64,000 nucleotides of DNA from Daphnia carinata (Eukaryota): assembly GCF_022539665.2 (NCBI RefSeq), contig NC_081331.1, positions 4,650,001 to 4,714,000 of the forward strand. The letters are read 5' to 3'. The notes below the pieces were generated by a model that saw only the letters and a program-made list of their open reading frames with translations, searched no databases and was not told the DNA's origin. The position numbers were made by a program, and so were the translations under genes. Of the stretch, positions 10,778 to 22,900 are shown piece after piece. Position 1 is the first letter of the stretch, and each line of letters starts with the position of its first letter.

Positions 10778-12229
10778 AACAATATATAAATACAAAATTA
10801 CTTCAGAAAATATCCAGGTATTACACGTTGTTCCTTATCCGAATTCAAAAAGTGTAATAAATAATAATTGAATACTTAAAGATAAACGATACAACGGTGG
10901 CAAAAACAATAAAGATGAATTGAGCAAGCTAAATAAAAAAAAAAAATTGGTAAATGTAATGTGAACAAAGCGAACACAGACAATGAAAGAGACAAATTTT
11001 GGAAAAAATATTTTATAAAAAAAAATTTATTGACAATTCTCTGCACATTACAATTATTTTTGCAACTTTAAAAAGGCACAATAGCCCTTTCAAAAGTTGC
11101 CGTCAACCCAGGCAGGGGGAGACACTGCCTTGTTGACCCACCGGGGAGATTACCCGGTGATTGGCTAAGAGAAGCCGGAAGAAGAGCTGAAGATTTGGAA
11201 CATTTTTACAGGAGCGATTAACCTTTAGTTCGGATTTGTGGGTAGCCACAGAGCCCTCCGTGAACACATCATCGGACTAAGCGGACATCCACGTCCCCTT
11301 TCCGGCCAGAGCCCTCCAAACCTCGGTATATGTTGTTTTTATATATACCGTACAGTAGGGGCATGACCCCCTACGGGCTTATTACGAGTCAAGGGGAAAC
11401 GGGGCTACGGAAAGGAAGGGAGCCCAGATATGCACTTCAATTTTTTAAATATAAAATACCGTCTCGGGAATCCGAATGAAGTATAGAAATGTCATGTCAT
11501 CCATTCAATCATTACAATTTATTCAGTGTCATGCCCCAACCAAGAATCTTTTCAGATCCAATGTTACTATTAACCTATGCTGAGAAAAGAAAAACAACAC
11601 CATTAAGCATCTCAATTGTTGCTCATGTGACTTACATGACTCATAGATTCAACTTCTGGCAGAAGCTTGGGAAAGGCCATACAAATTGCAGATGAAAATC
11701 ATTGTATAAGGCTCTTGAATGATAAAATAAAACCCCTAGAATGTTGCATTGTTGATAGTTGTATTCCCAGTATGCTGAAAATCCTTTCCTATTGGATAAA
11801 TATTTTTTTTGTAGATTAGACATGGTTGGCAAAAAGGAGGAGAAAAGCTTCATCATAAATTCAAAAAATTTTCAAGAAAATTCCTTTCATACCTAAAGAG
11901 TCCATGTATGATGTTCATCGCTGCAATGCCAGTGAAGTGAAACATCTTTAGGGCCATTTAAGTACCCAGCTTCACCAACACTGAGCGTAAAGGACAAGTT
12001 GTTCTTTAGCAAGGGAAGTAGAATTATTTGAGGCTTCTAGCTGTGACAGAACTATAAAGGATTGCTGTTATACAGGATTCATTCACACAAGATGGTACTT
12101 CTCATTAGACAATGTGCATACCCTCTTACTTTACCTCATACCTTAATGGTAATTCACTCTCAGTGTTTTTTTCAACTGTAGGCTGACTCTTCCATCCTGT
12201 AACACTTCCAGACTTGACTTGATCCCCTG

Positions 12230-12904
12230 CTAAAATTCTGTGAATGCAAAATAATAGCATTAAAAATACTTTTTCGATAGACAAAAAACCGAAAAGTACC
12301 TAATCCACGTTTCATGTTGAACTTGTGCCATTTCTGGGTTTTTGTACCACACCCATTTTCGGCCCAAATACGGTCCCACAATTGTTCAGTTCCTTCACTG
12401 CATGGGCTTATTACTAACAATTCTTTTAGTGCAGCACTAACAGAATTTAACTTTAACACACTGTCAGGTGGTGGACTGAATAACTAAACAATAAATAATT
12501 GTTTTTTAAAATTCTATACTTATTTTGAATTCTTATTTGAAAAGTTTAGGTACCTGACTGTGTTCGCCTACTGCCAATTCATCCTCATGTTCAGTTAGGG
12601 ATGAGTTTGGAAAAACCTCCTTTACTGTTTGGAAACTGTTCCGATCCAATTTGTTGTTTTCCCCTAGCTGAGCTTGTAGACTCAAAATTTGAGCTACAAA
12701 ACACAAATGAATAAAAGCAAATAAATAGAACCATTACGTATTAGGCCTTACCATCCTTAGCTTTGCTGTTATCTAATATTTTGTGTTGTTCCAATAATTG
12801 GGCCTGCAGCTTCATAATTTGATCTAATAAACAATAATTAATAATTGAAAACCAATATAATAATGTTTATACTTACCATCCTTTTGTTGTATTATCTTAT
12901 CCAT
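12230..12904 (-). CDS. Mirror copy of the spliced ~143 aa coiled-coil ORF in the right arm
   Basis: Reverse complement of 8291-8965 with the same splice sites; one visible K->E change. Confidence 0.55.
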
Positions 12905-13111
12905 TTTTCAATTGTTCCTCCAGCCACGCATTATTCTCCATCCACGCTACTGAACTAACTGCGAATGGCATCCAATGGACTGAAATTGCCTACGCCAGTA
13001 ATAACGAGTCTGAGCGGTAGATGGCTACGTGTCGGAAAAAAAGAAAAAAGTATGATTTTTTTTTTATTCTGACATTTTTTTTTTTTTTTGTGTAAAACGG
13101 ATTGCCATAAA

Positions 13112-13993
13112 TTTCAGCATACTCAAAATTAAGCCCGACTTATTTTGTCGGGCTTAATTTTGATTTTGATTTTTTTAACATATAGATATAGCTATAAAAA
13201 TATATGAATTTGATTCGAAATTAAATGAGAATCACAAATATGTCGTTCCTTTTTTCATTGGGCCAACCGTTTTTGAAATACATTGAATATTTGTGCTGCA
13301 TCGCGCTGGTGCGTACTGGCGCGCTAGCGCTGGTCGTACCACCGCTCGAGCATTGCGTTTAATATTCAGTATAATTCAAAAACGATTGATATGACCCAAA
13401 TATAAACCACGTTATCGAAATCAGCGTTTAATTTTGCTTGTTCTTTTGTGATTTTTATCGGATTCTAAGAGTTTTTATTTTTTGCCGATTTTGACAAAAG
13501 AGGGAAGGCCTTCTCACTTTTTCATTTTTGGTCAAATTCTAGATTTGAGGGAAAATACATGATTCCGATTCAAAATTGAACGAGAATCACAAAACTGAAG
13601 TTTATTTTTACGTTGGGGTAATAGCGTTATTAATAAACGGAAAAAACGGGTGATAAATGTTTGCGCGCCAGCAGCGCGTTAATTCCATTTATTACAAAAA
13701 GGGCTGGTTTGACGAGAAAACAAATATTTTCCCTGAAATCAGCGTTCTATTTTACTTTAACTCAAATCAAATATAATGTCAAAATTACAAAGCTGAATTT
13801 CAGCATACTCAAAATTAAGCCCGACTTATTTTGTCGGGCTTAATTTAGATTTAGATTTTTTTTAACATCTAGATATAGCTATAAAAATATATGATTTGAT
13901 TCGAAATTAAATGAGAATCACAAACATGTCGTTCCTTTTTTCATTGGGCCAACCGTTTTTGTAATACATTGAATATTTGTGCTGCATCGCGCT
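13112..13993. repeat. Tandem ~686 bp hairpin-rich repeat, ~1.3 units (MITE- or rolling-circle-derived satellite)
   Basis: The AAAATTAAGCCCGAC-TTATTTT-GTCGGGCTTAATTT hairpin recurs at 13131 and 13817 (period 686), followed by near-identical sequence. Confidence 0.9.
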
Positions 13994-16900
13994 TGCAGCA
14001 TTGCAATAAAGTTTTTCTAAAAATTCTATCCGAACGATATTCTTTTCTAAAATATCATTTGAATTTTGGAAATTTCGCTTACAATCATTTGATTTTCAAT
14101 TTCAGTCTCCATGATAATGTCAACACAACAGACAGCGAGATGGCGTATGAATCGCAAAAGAGAAGGAATTTTTAGGTTTTTCAAAACGTAAAGCCATTTG
14201 AATTGGAACTCCTGATCTTACGTGAACAGGCAGGAAATTCTAAAATGCGAAAGCAGTAGAAAATTGTTAATGCATTTTTAAAAATGGTAAACTTGCATTG
14301 ACATCTACCTCTTCGTTGACTGAGTCTACGTCAACACTTGGCCACGGTGAAGTGTCACTTGTCTGATACTTTTTTAGCTACATTCACGCCACGTAATTCA
14401 AGAGGAAAATGAGTGAATACAATAGACAGTTAAAGCTTGTACAGGCGTCAAATCGATCGTCTGTTTCGTTCGACAATTGCATTGAACCGCGGACGCGATT
14501 CGAATAATAGAAAGAAAAAAAGATGTGTATAAACTGGAAAACCTCGGCTACATAGCCGCCCTATATAATCTAATTATCACTCTGCTGGTGGTATTCTCTT
14601 CCTGCTGTCTATTTTTCTCTTGACACGTTTTCCTGTATAGATCGCCTCATCCGCCTGTCAACCGTATAGCCAGCCGGTAGTTCACACTTGCTCGCTGTTT
14701 GATCCACTCAATTAACCTAATCCTTTCACACCAGCACGCCAACTCTTCTCCTTCATGTCTATAACCCATGCCAATATGTATACTCTATTAGTCACGCTCT
14801 GCACATGTACGTAACACCGCAAGTTTTTTTGCGTGCGCTTTAAAGCACTCAGGGGAATCGCAATCATCTTTAGTACCGCTTTCGCGCATTTATCAGCCAG
14901 GTCCTACATCAAAGGACAAATGACTTTGATCGTGAGTATACTTGTAGGTGGCTGCGATACAGTTTATCCCGACTCTCTTTTTCACGCTACGATTTGCCGT
15001 CAATATGGGCCTGTAGAAAAGCGATGGCCTCTACAAAAGTAGGCCCAGCGATATAGAAATACAGAGCTAAATTTTCGACTATAAATAGGACACTGGCCTA
15101 TATCTATATATAGGAAAAGGAATAATGCCCCGCAAAAATCATGCGTCTATTCAAGAGCTTTTTTCCGCTCTTATTGTCGACCGGTGCTATAAACTGCCTT
15201 GTGTTACACATCTAAAGCACGTATATAGCTGGCGCAGGGTCCATCTTTAACTTTGTTAGGCCATTATATATAGCAGTAGACATACAGAGGAGCAGCAAAG
15301 CAGGAAAGTAAAGCATGTATACATATATACACAAGCAAAGTGGATTTCGATCAACACGCCATAGGTTATCCCCTCTGTCTGTGTGTGTCTACTGAATATA
15401 CTTAGATAGATAGAAAGAAATAGACAAATACGTAGAAAGATTTTTCTTTTTTTTCAAATTCGCTTTTCTGTCACGCATCAGCCAGAGTATATCTCTATGT
15501 ACACGTTCTGTTTACATCATGAGCTGCTGTATTGAGACTATACATTGCTCGTCGTTTATGCTGAACACGAGAACGAGATCTAGTGAGAGAAACTAGGGAG
15601 AGAGAGGGAGCGCTGAAATCAAGTCTTTCATGCTCGGTAGGTCTCTGATTTGATTATGTCCTGGCTCTGCTAGAACCTCGTCCTTACTGTGGCTTTCCCT
15701 TCGCCCCTTCTCTCCCCTCTCGTGCTAGTTCCGCCATCAATCAATACAAGTTGGTGCCTTCCCTTTTTTTCCTCCCTTGTGTGTGTCTGTAGAGATTTAT
15801 GTTGTATATGTTTATTTCTTGTTATATAACAGAGCTTCTGCTTCCACCCTTATTCAGATCATCTCTCCCTCTCCAAATCGCTATTCATTTCGACACGATG
15901 TTTCCCGTCAATATGTCAAAACGCTTGTCTATTAATCCCTCCCAGCGTTCAAGTAGTTGGGGAACTTGTCGACGGGATTTGATGCCCACACGAAGGAGAA
16001 CAATCGACTTGGTACTTTTTTTTTTGCACCCCGTCAAATGTATACCCAAAAGTCACACCCGCTTGGTGAATAACATGTTCTGTTGTTTGCCATCTTCTGC
16101 GGGTATACAACTTGTCTTGCTAAAGAAAACTCGAGGACTTTCTCCTCCTTGATGTGATCAGCTTTTCATTTTGATTGATCCGCAAGACAAAAGGATTTTT
16201 CGGGGTGCGGTTTTCTAGAGAATGTTTTGTAAAATTCACTGCTCTTCAATTCGTTCGTATATCGACGGGATTTTTAGAAAGCTGCGTTCCAAAAGAAAAA
16301 TTCGAGTAGATCAGGCAGCTCAGAGTTCTTTCTCTTTGATTACACACACACGCAGCACCAATGTGACTAGCTGCAGGAATTCGTTGGTGTGCATTGTTTC
16401 CCACAAACGGATGAAAAATTCATCAATGAACTGTAAATCTTGTGCCTATTTATGCAAGGCTGTTGATTGGTGCGAAACAGCGAGGAGCGCTGTCAGCTCG
16501 ACACCTTTAACATTGTCTTGCACGAAGACCCAACAGGGAGAAGCCTTGCCCACTTAAAGACTATTTTATATCCTTATTGTCTTTTGGAATTCTTTCGTTT
16601 TTTTTTCAATTACAAAAGTTGCCAAGCCCTTTCTCCTCATTTCCTTTTAATAATCGTAATAATACGACATGATGGTCTCCCTTTTTTTCTTTTCTGGATG
16701 CTGATGGGTGGCCTGGACGATAAATAATCGCGGACGCAGCTCGGGCACCCCCAAGTGCGACAGTAACTGGTGCAATCTCGCATATTTTTAGAGCTTAACG
16801 TTCCTCTACTTATTTTCACTGGTATTACAGTTGTGGAGCAATCAAGCCGGTTCATTTGAATATGTGCAGTTCGTGTGCTCCATAGATTTACTGTAAGAGC

Positions 16901-19900
16901 TGTTCTTCTTGCATTTCTTGGCGGACGTGATTTTCCAAACGGTTGTGCCATTTTACGAGGTTTTATTACGTGTATATTTTTTAAATGCCATGCAATGCCG
17001 TAAAAATTATTCAGTTCCATACGTTGTTGGGTAAATTTCAAGAAACCATTCAATCTAAAAAGACAGCGTGTTATACTAACTGTTACGCTATAAAGGACAA
17101 TCGAGAGCATGTTACAAATAAGAACTTGTTTTCGCCCTTTTTACAAACACAGAGAAAGAACTTGTACAGATCGGATCTAACCATTACACGTGTTCTATAT
17201 ATTTTCTTTTCTATTTTATTGTACTTTTTATTTTTGTTATTATTTTTTTATTTTTTCTTAGTGGAACATTTTCCTTTATATTTCTTCTGACTTTTCTAAA
17301 AAAAAAGTCACTACTTTTTTTCGTCTATTCTTTCCCCTTTTTTTATGATAAGAAACACACTGCAGTTGCGGTTGTTGCCTCTCACGGAGAAGACAAGAAG
17401 AGAAAAAAAAAAACTTGGTGGTGGAAAAAAAAAGACGCCCAGCCGAGCTGTCGCATAAGAAGAAGAAAACGCTGCGGTGTGGCGGGAAGTTGTCTCTTCT
17501 TTTTTTTTTTTTTAATATGCATCCAGCATATAGTAGTAGATACACACGCATATAAGAAATGAAACTACATTTTAGGTATAAATATCCTCGTCCTTACGAT
17601 AGCCATTTTTTTTTTCTTGGGAGGGCGGTGGAAGAAGAAGAAGAAAAAGGTAGGCACAAGAAATGGGGAAAGATATGGATAGAGCGGGAGGTATTGGACT
17701 ATGGCCAAAGAAGAGACCCCCAGTTGGTTGGCCGAGCAACTTCAGCGGGGGACAAATATGTAGTGGACGCGACACCTGGCCACCATGTAGAACCATCGGA
17801 CTGCTGTTCTTATATAACCATTATTATCATACTGAAGCACCTATGATACCCCCTAACCCGTTTACTCTTTTTATCTTTTTTAAATAATGTAGGACCTTCT
17901 ATTTTTTTTTAAATAGGAAAAACTTATGTAGCATAAAATGTCATGTACGTACGTGTGCCATATTCGTCAGCGAACCATTTGTCTGTCGCTTGCGTTTTTC
18001 AACAAGCAAGAACGAAAAGGCATCGATAGTAATCTGAATTGGAATGACGTAAAAGGCTATGTACCGATATGCGTTGGAACATTGACAAATGACGTGATAT
18101 TTCTTTTTTTTTCCTCCTCCCTTCTTAGATAAGAAGTGAAGGTGGTTACACCGAAAAAAGAGCCGCCCACACTTTGTCACTTGTATTTCGGATGCGATTT
18201 TTCAAACGATAGGGGAGAAAGGACGGAGAAAACCGTACCGCAAAGTTGCTCAGCTCCGGCACATTTCCAGGTCGACCAGAGACATTTGAATCGAAAGTAA
18301 TCTGTTGGCAATTATGCTCACATATTTTGGAGAGCTCGCCGCCACCCTACCGATCACTAAAGGAAGAAAAAAAAAGTATACAAGAATGAATCATCACACG
18401 ACTCGTTTTTTTTTCTCTTTCTTTATAGTTTTGGTACATCGCTTCTCAGCAGTCGACAATGTGTGATGTCATCTCATTAGACTTTGAAATTTAGATACAG
18501 TACCTCTTTTTTTTTCAAGAAAAAGACGCATTAAATTCTCAAACGTTTGGCTGTGCATCAAGCATTTGTTACTAATCGCACAGTTTCTATTATTAAACGT
18601 ATTACAAATTGATTTGATTCAGGATTATCGGAGTTGGCTGTTCGTCGCTTTTCCATTGGCACACTAGAACGACAAGACCATAAAGGAAACAATTTTATAT
18701 CTTCCTAATTATGAACTCCGCAAAAGCGTTTTCCCAATGATTTTGGGCTGGTCCGCTTCAGCCGCGATTCGTCCGGCCTGGCTCCTTTGTAGAAAACAAA
18801 AAAAATGGCCAGAATTTATCGTTGAGTTCCAGCCGTCTTTACCTTCGGTTGTTTTACTGTTATCAACCGTTTGATCGTTTCACCTCCTGGTAGTATAAAA
18901 AAAAAGGAGCCATAGTTAATGTTTGATGGGCATACCATTGTTTGATAGGAAAGAACAGTGGCTCCATAACCTATAAACGCAGGAATCGATTTTTTTTTTC
19001 TGTTTCGTTTTCTCTTTTGTCTTGCGGCTTTGGCTGGAAACGACCCATCATTAACAGTTTGATTCGGCATTTTTAAAAATGCACAGCAGCCTCGTCAAGC
19101 AGCTGCCGATCGACAGTTGACCATAAAAACGGAAAGGAAAAATCATTTTCCAAAAAGAAAACAACAAGAAATGATGATCGTTCGTGAGTGCAGACGCTGT
19201 TGGATACCTAATGAATGCAGCTTCCAAATGCTTCCTGAAGCGTCGGTATGAGATGATGAAAATATACAGCTTTTTAAAAGACGGGCCAGCTGCCTTAATG
19301 TTACAATAATGAGATAGGCAAAAGAACTCAAAGCCTTTCTTCCGTGCTCATATCGGCCATTTTTCTCTTTCTAATCCCCGTCCAGACTCGGCCGGCTTCG
19401 CACCTTTATTCGAGGGGGGACGCCTATATCTAATAGCCCTGTATGGCTACTAACACAGGTGGAAAGAACGAGGTAATCGAAATGCTAGAGTTGGAAAAAC
19501 GTCTCGACTCTGTAGACGTATAAAGTTAGTTTGCTAGCTCAGCGGGGCAACCCTCCCCAGCACACACGAAGGAGCTATAGCTCCTACCGTTGAAACAAAT
19601 GACAGCAAGAAGAGTAGCCAGACGAACATCATCGGAGCAACACCAAAATGTTTTTTTTTTTTGGTAGAAAGCCTTTTTGATTTTTTTTCTGCTCGGTACC
19701 TTGGCTCGCACAGTCGGGGTCGGACCCACACTCTCATCGGGGTGTCTGTTCCCCCACGCACGGTGCTCTCAAATATAGGCTGCCGTTGTATTCGGCACCT
19801 CATTTCTCTCATCGCTGGTGGGCTCTATTTTATTCTCATTCTTATTTTAAGAGTTTTGTGGGCCTTGTCTTATAGCGTCTCCTGTCTCGTATAGTCCCCC

Positions 19901-22900
19901 CAAATTATGATAATAATTGTATCGATAAATTATCCCCCTCTTTTTTTTTTATCCAAAGTAAAAAAATAACGAATATTAAAGTCAAGCAAAAGAAATGCTT
20001 CTCGTCCGGCCATTTTATTCTATAAACAAGTGGTGTTTGTCGTTAAAGTTTACCCCGAATGGTACAATAAGATCCTATTTGCATGCAAACTAAACGTTGC
20101 AACCATCATCTATTAGAGCATTTTTTGTGTGTGTAAATGATTTCACGAACTGACGAGGGATCACACCAAATAGGCGTTACGGAAAGGGGGAACAGATCGA
20201 ATTACGAGAGTGTCAATGTGGGCGGTTGTTTGCGGTCCTCATTTGGGGGAGGAGATGAACTAGTTTCATCTCTCGACAGATGCGCCAAAAACCTCTTTTC
20301 ATATACTGTAGTACACATCTCTACAAAAACTACACAAACCAATAATGGGTTGCTACCACCCTACACTTTTCCCCTTTCGTTCTCCCTCCACCTACCCGAA
20401 GAGCGTCTACGTTTGTTTAACAAGCTTTTGCGACACACAACAAAGGATGCAAACGCAGCACAAGCGACGTGACAAATAATAGCAAACAACTCTATACAGC
20501 CCAACCCCTTCATCTTCGTTAACACTGTAGCGGAGGGAATAAGTCTGTTAGGTAACTCTTCCTAACGAAAAAGCAAATTGGCAGCCATTGGCCTTTTCAT
20601 GTAGATCAAAGTGTACAAAGTTCTGTCAGCAAAAGGAGGCCGGCTTTGCGCGCTACGCAACAGTGACATACGTCACGGTGAATAAAAAAAGAAGTAACCT
20701 AACACCGTCGACTCCTATGACGCAACATCGGTTAACCTACTAGGTAATATTTAGTTGTATTGCACAAAAAAAAAAATAGTTCCAAATAGTTTGGGGCAAA
20801 TGACTAGGCTTGAACTAGCGTTTATATTAAAAAAGGCGGGGCAGCTGGTGGGAACGCATAAATCAAAAGTACACACAAGTCCATCCAAAACACCTTTACG
20901 TGTATATAGAAATAAGACGGTCACAATCACCTATAGACTGAGAAACGAGAATGGAAGTGTCTCGTACACTATAACCTTTTTTTGCCTTCAATATTTTGTT
21001 TCGTGTGTATGTGCAAGTAAAAAGATAAACCGCGGGTGTGCTGTACATTTTTTTTTCAGTTTTTTTTTTCCCACCAAATGGCTGTAAAGAGTACAACGGG
21101 GCAGGGCTCAACGAGCTCTACCTCCAACGTGGATGCGCTAACCACCTGTGCGTATATGTTGTCCAGCTAAATTGTGACTAGTAAACACACCCAACGTTTG
21201 ACAAGGAACACAAGAAACTTTCGTACACGCCAAAAAAAAAAAAAAGAAAGCCCCAGAAAACATCAAGTCTCGTTATCGTGAGACTTGCTGAGAGCGAAGG
21301 CAAATCATATCCATCTTCCGACTGACACTCGACTATCATCCCACCTACTGTGTATACCATCCAACCCTCCTTTTATTTTCTTCCGGGTATATATGTAGAC
21401 ACACCATCCCCTTTGTTTGTTTCTCGAATGAACCGACTAGCACGCTGGATTCTATTCTGAAAACCAAAAGGCCTATAGAAAAAAAAAAAAATATAGCCTT
21501 TATGTTGTGTAATGTGAACGTCATCGTCGCATAATACAAGCGGGACTAAATGAACTGGGGTCCCACCAGTCGCCCATTCAAAACGTCCGCGCTCCCCTTG
21601 CCCATCACTCGCTGCATGTGGATGTAAACAGTCTTACAAATAACTATACACCCACCGCGTCTAACAATCTAATTCGCTTCCATTTATTCGCCCCTGTGAC
21701 GTTACTCTTGTTGGATATACATACGGTCAGATATAGTGTGTTTACATACACCTTCACACGCTCGTATAACAGCTCATCGCTCACATCGTTTCGCTGTGAA
21801 GACGTGTTTCTTTTGGGGGGTTTTCGTTCTTTTAAGCAGCTTGAACCCACCGTTTTTCTGGCTCTTCAAAAACATATTTTTGGGGGCTATCATTTTTAAA
21901 AAAAGGGGGAAATTTGACGTATTAAAAAAAAGGAAACAACAAACATAAAAAGAAAACCCGGAATATATTTCTGTAATAGGCTAGTGGTTTAGTTATATGT
22001 ATATACACTTGGCTACTGTATGTATCGTTTCAGGCGTTTTTTCACGCTTGCAACGTTTATGTGTAATGCTGAGACTGTCGTAAAAGAAATTCACAAAAAC
22101 GGTGGAAGTAGACCAGTAATTATTTTTCAAAAAAAAAAAAATATATACTTGTTTGTGTAAGGATAAAAATGAACTTCTATCGTATAGCTATTTATTCTTG
22201 TAACATTTGCAACAGTTTGAAATCCCGAAATTTCGTTATTCTTCCTTACATCCTTAGCATTACAATGTTTTTGACCAGATAGTTGTACTATAGCCATATT
22301 TTATAGAAATAATATAGAAGCTGTTTTTGAAACCTCAACCGATGGAGCGTGATGTCTCACATCGTGATCCTGCGTGTGTGGCCCTATAAATAGCCAGAGC
22401 ATAGTGTTACATCCTATATAGAATATAACTGTGAGACAGTTGGAGACAATGTTTATTGCTGGCTGCTGTTGTATTCTGTTCTCCTTTTGTTGTTCTGCGG
22501 TGTCATCGTGTGTGTATATAATGCGATCACGCCCGGTGACTATCCGATATATATCTCTGGAGTCGTTGCTTTCTGTTATGTTTTATTGTATCGCGATGTT
22601 TTCGTTATATATTTCTTTGCTGTCTAGTGCAATTAAAAGTCGTATAACAAACGGGCCAATAAGTCAATGGACCGTCTTCTTGTTTTCTCCAAAACGTTGT
22701 GTCCATAGTCACGCTTCACGTCTTTCCTGTATGGGCTGGAGTGGTAGAATGAAGTAGATCATCCATTTCGATGCCCGTTTCTTTCACGTACAAACAACAA
22801 AAATACAATACGAGAAATGTGTCCAATGGCCAGCACGTTCTCTGTCGAGCTATTCCATCGCGGACGTTATGGCTGACTTCGTTTTTCAGAACATATCCAC

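Larger units (their letters stand above)
8077..13111. mobile_element. ~5 kb fold-back (long inverted repeat) element; near-identical arms ~8077-10195 and ~11000-13111, degenerate inner extensions to ~10360 and ~10860
   Basis: Termini TTTATGGCAATCCGTTTTACAC ... GTGTAAAACGGATTGCCATAAA. ORF pairs mirror each other (8736-9023/12172-12459, 9339-9554/11641-11856, 9500-9706/11489-11695) with coordinate sum 21195. Only a few substitutions and indels separate the arms. The inverted repeat is directly seen; mobility is inferred, and no transposase was recognised. Confidence 0.8.

Noticed and set aside
8077..13111. Assembly fold-back artefact as the explanation for the inverted repeat
   Set aside because: The arms carry distinct substitutions and indels, have a diverged inner extension and a unique spacer, and both flanks continue in the same orientation of the host repeat. 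Disfavoured, but only long reads can exclude it.
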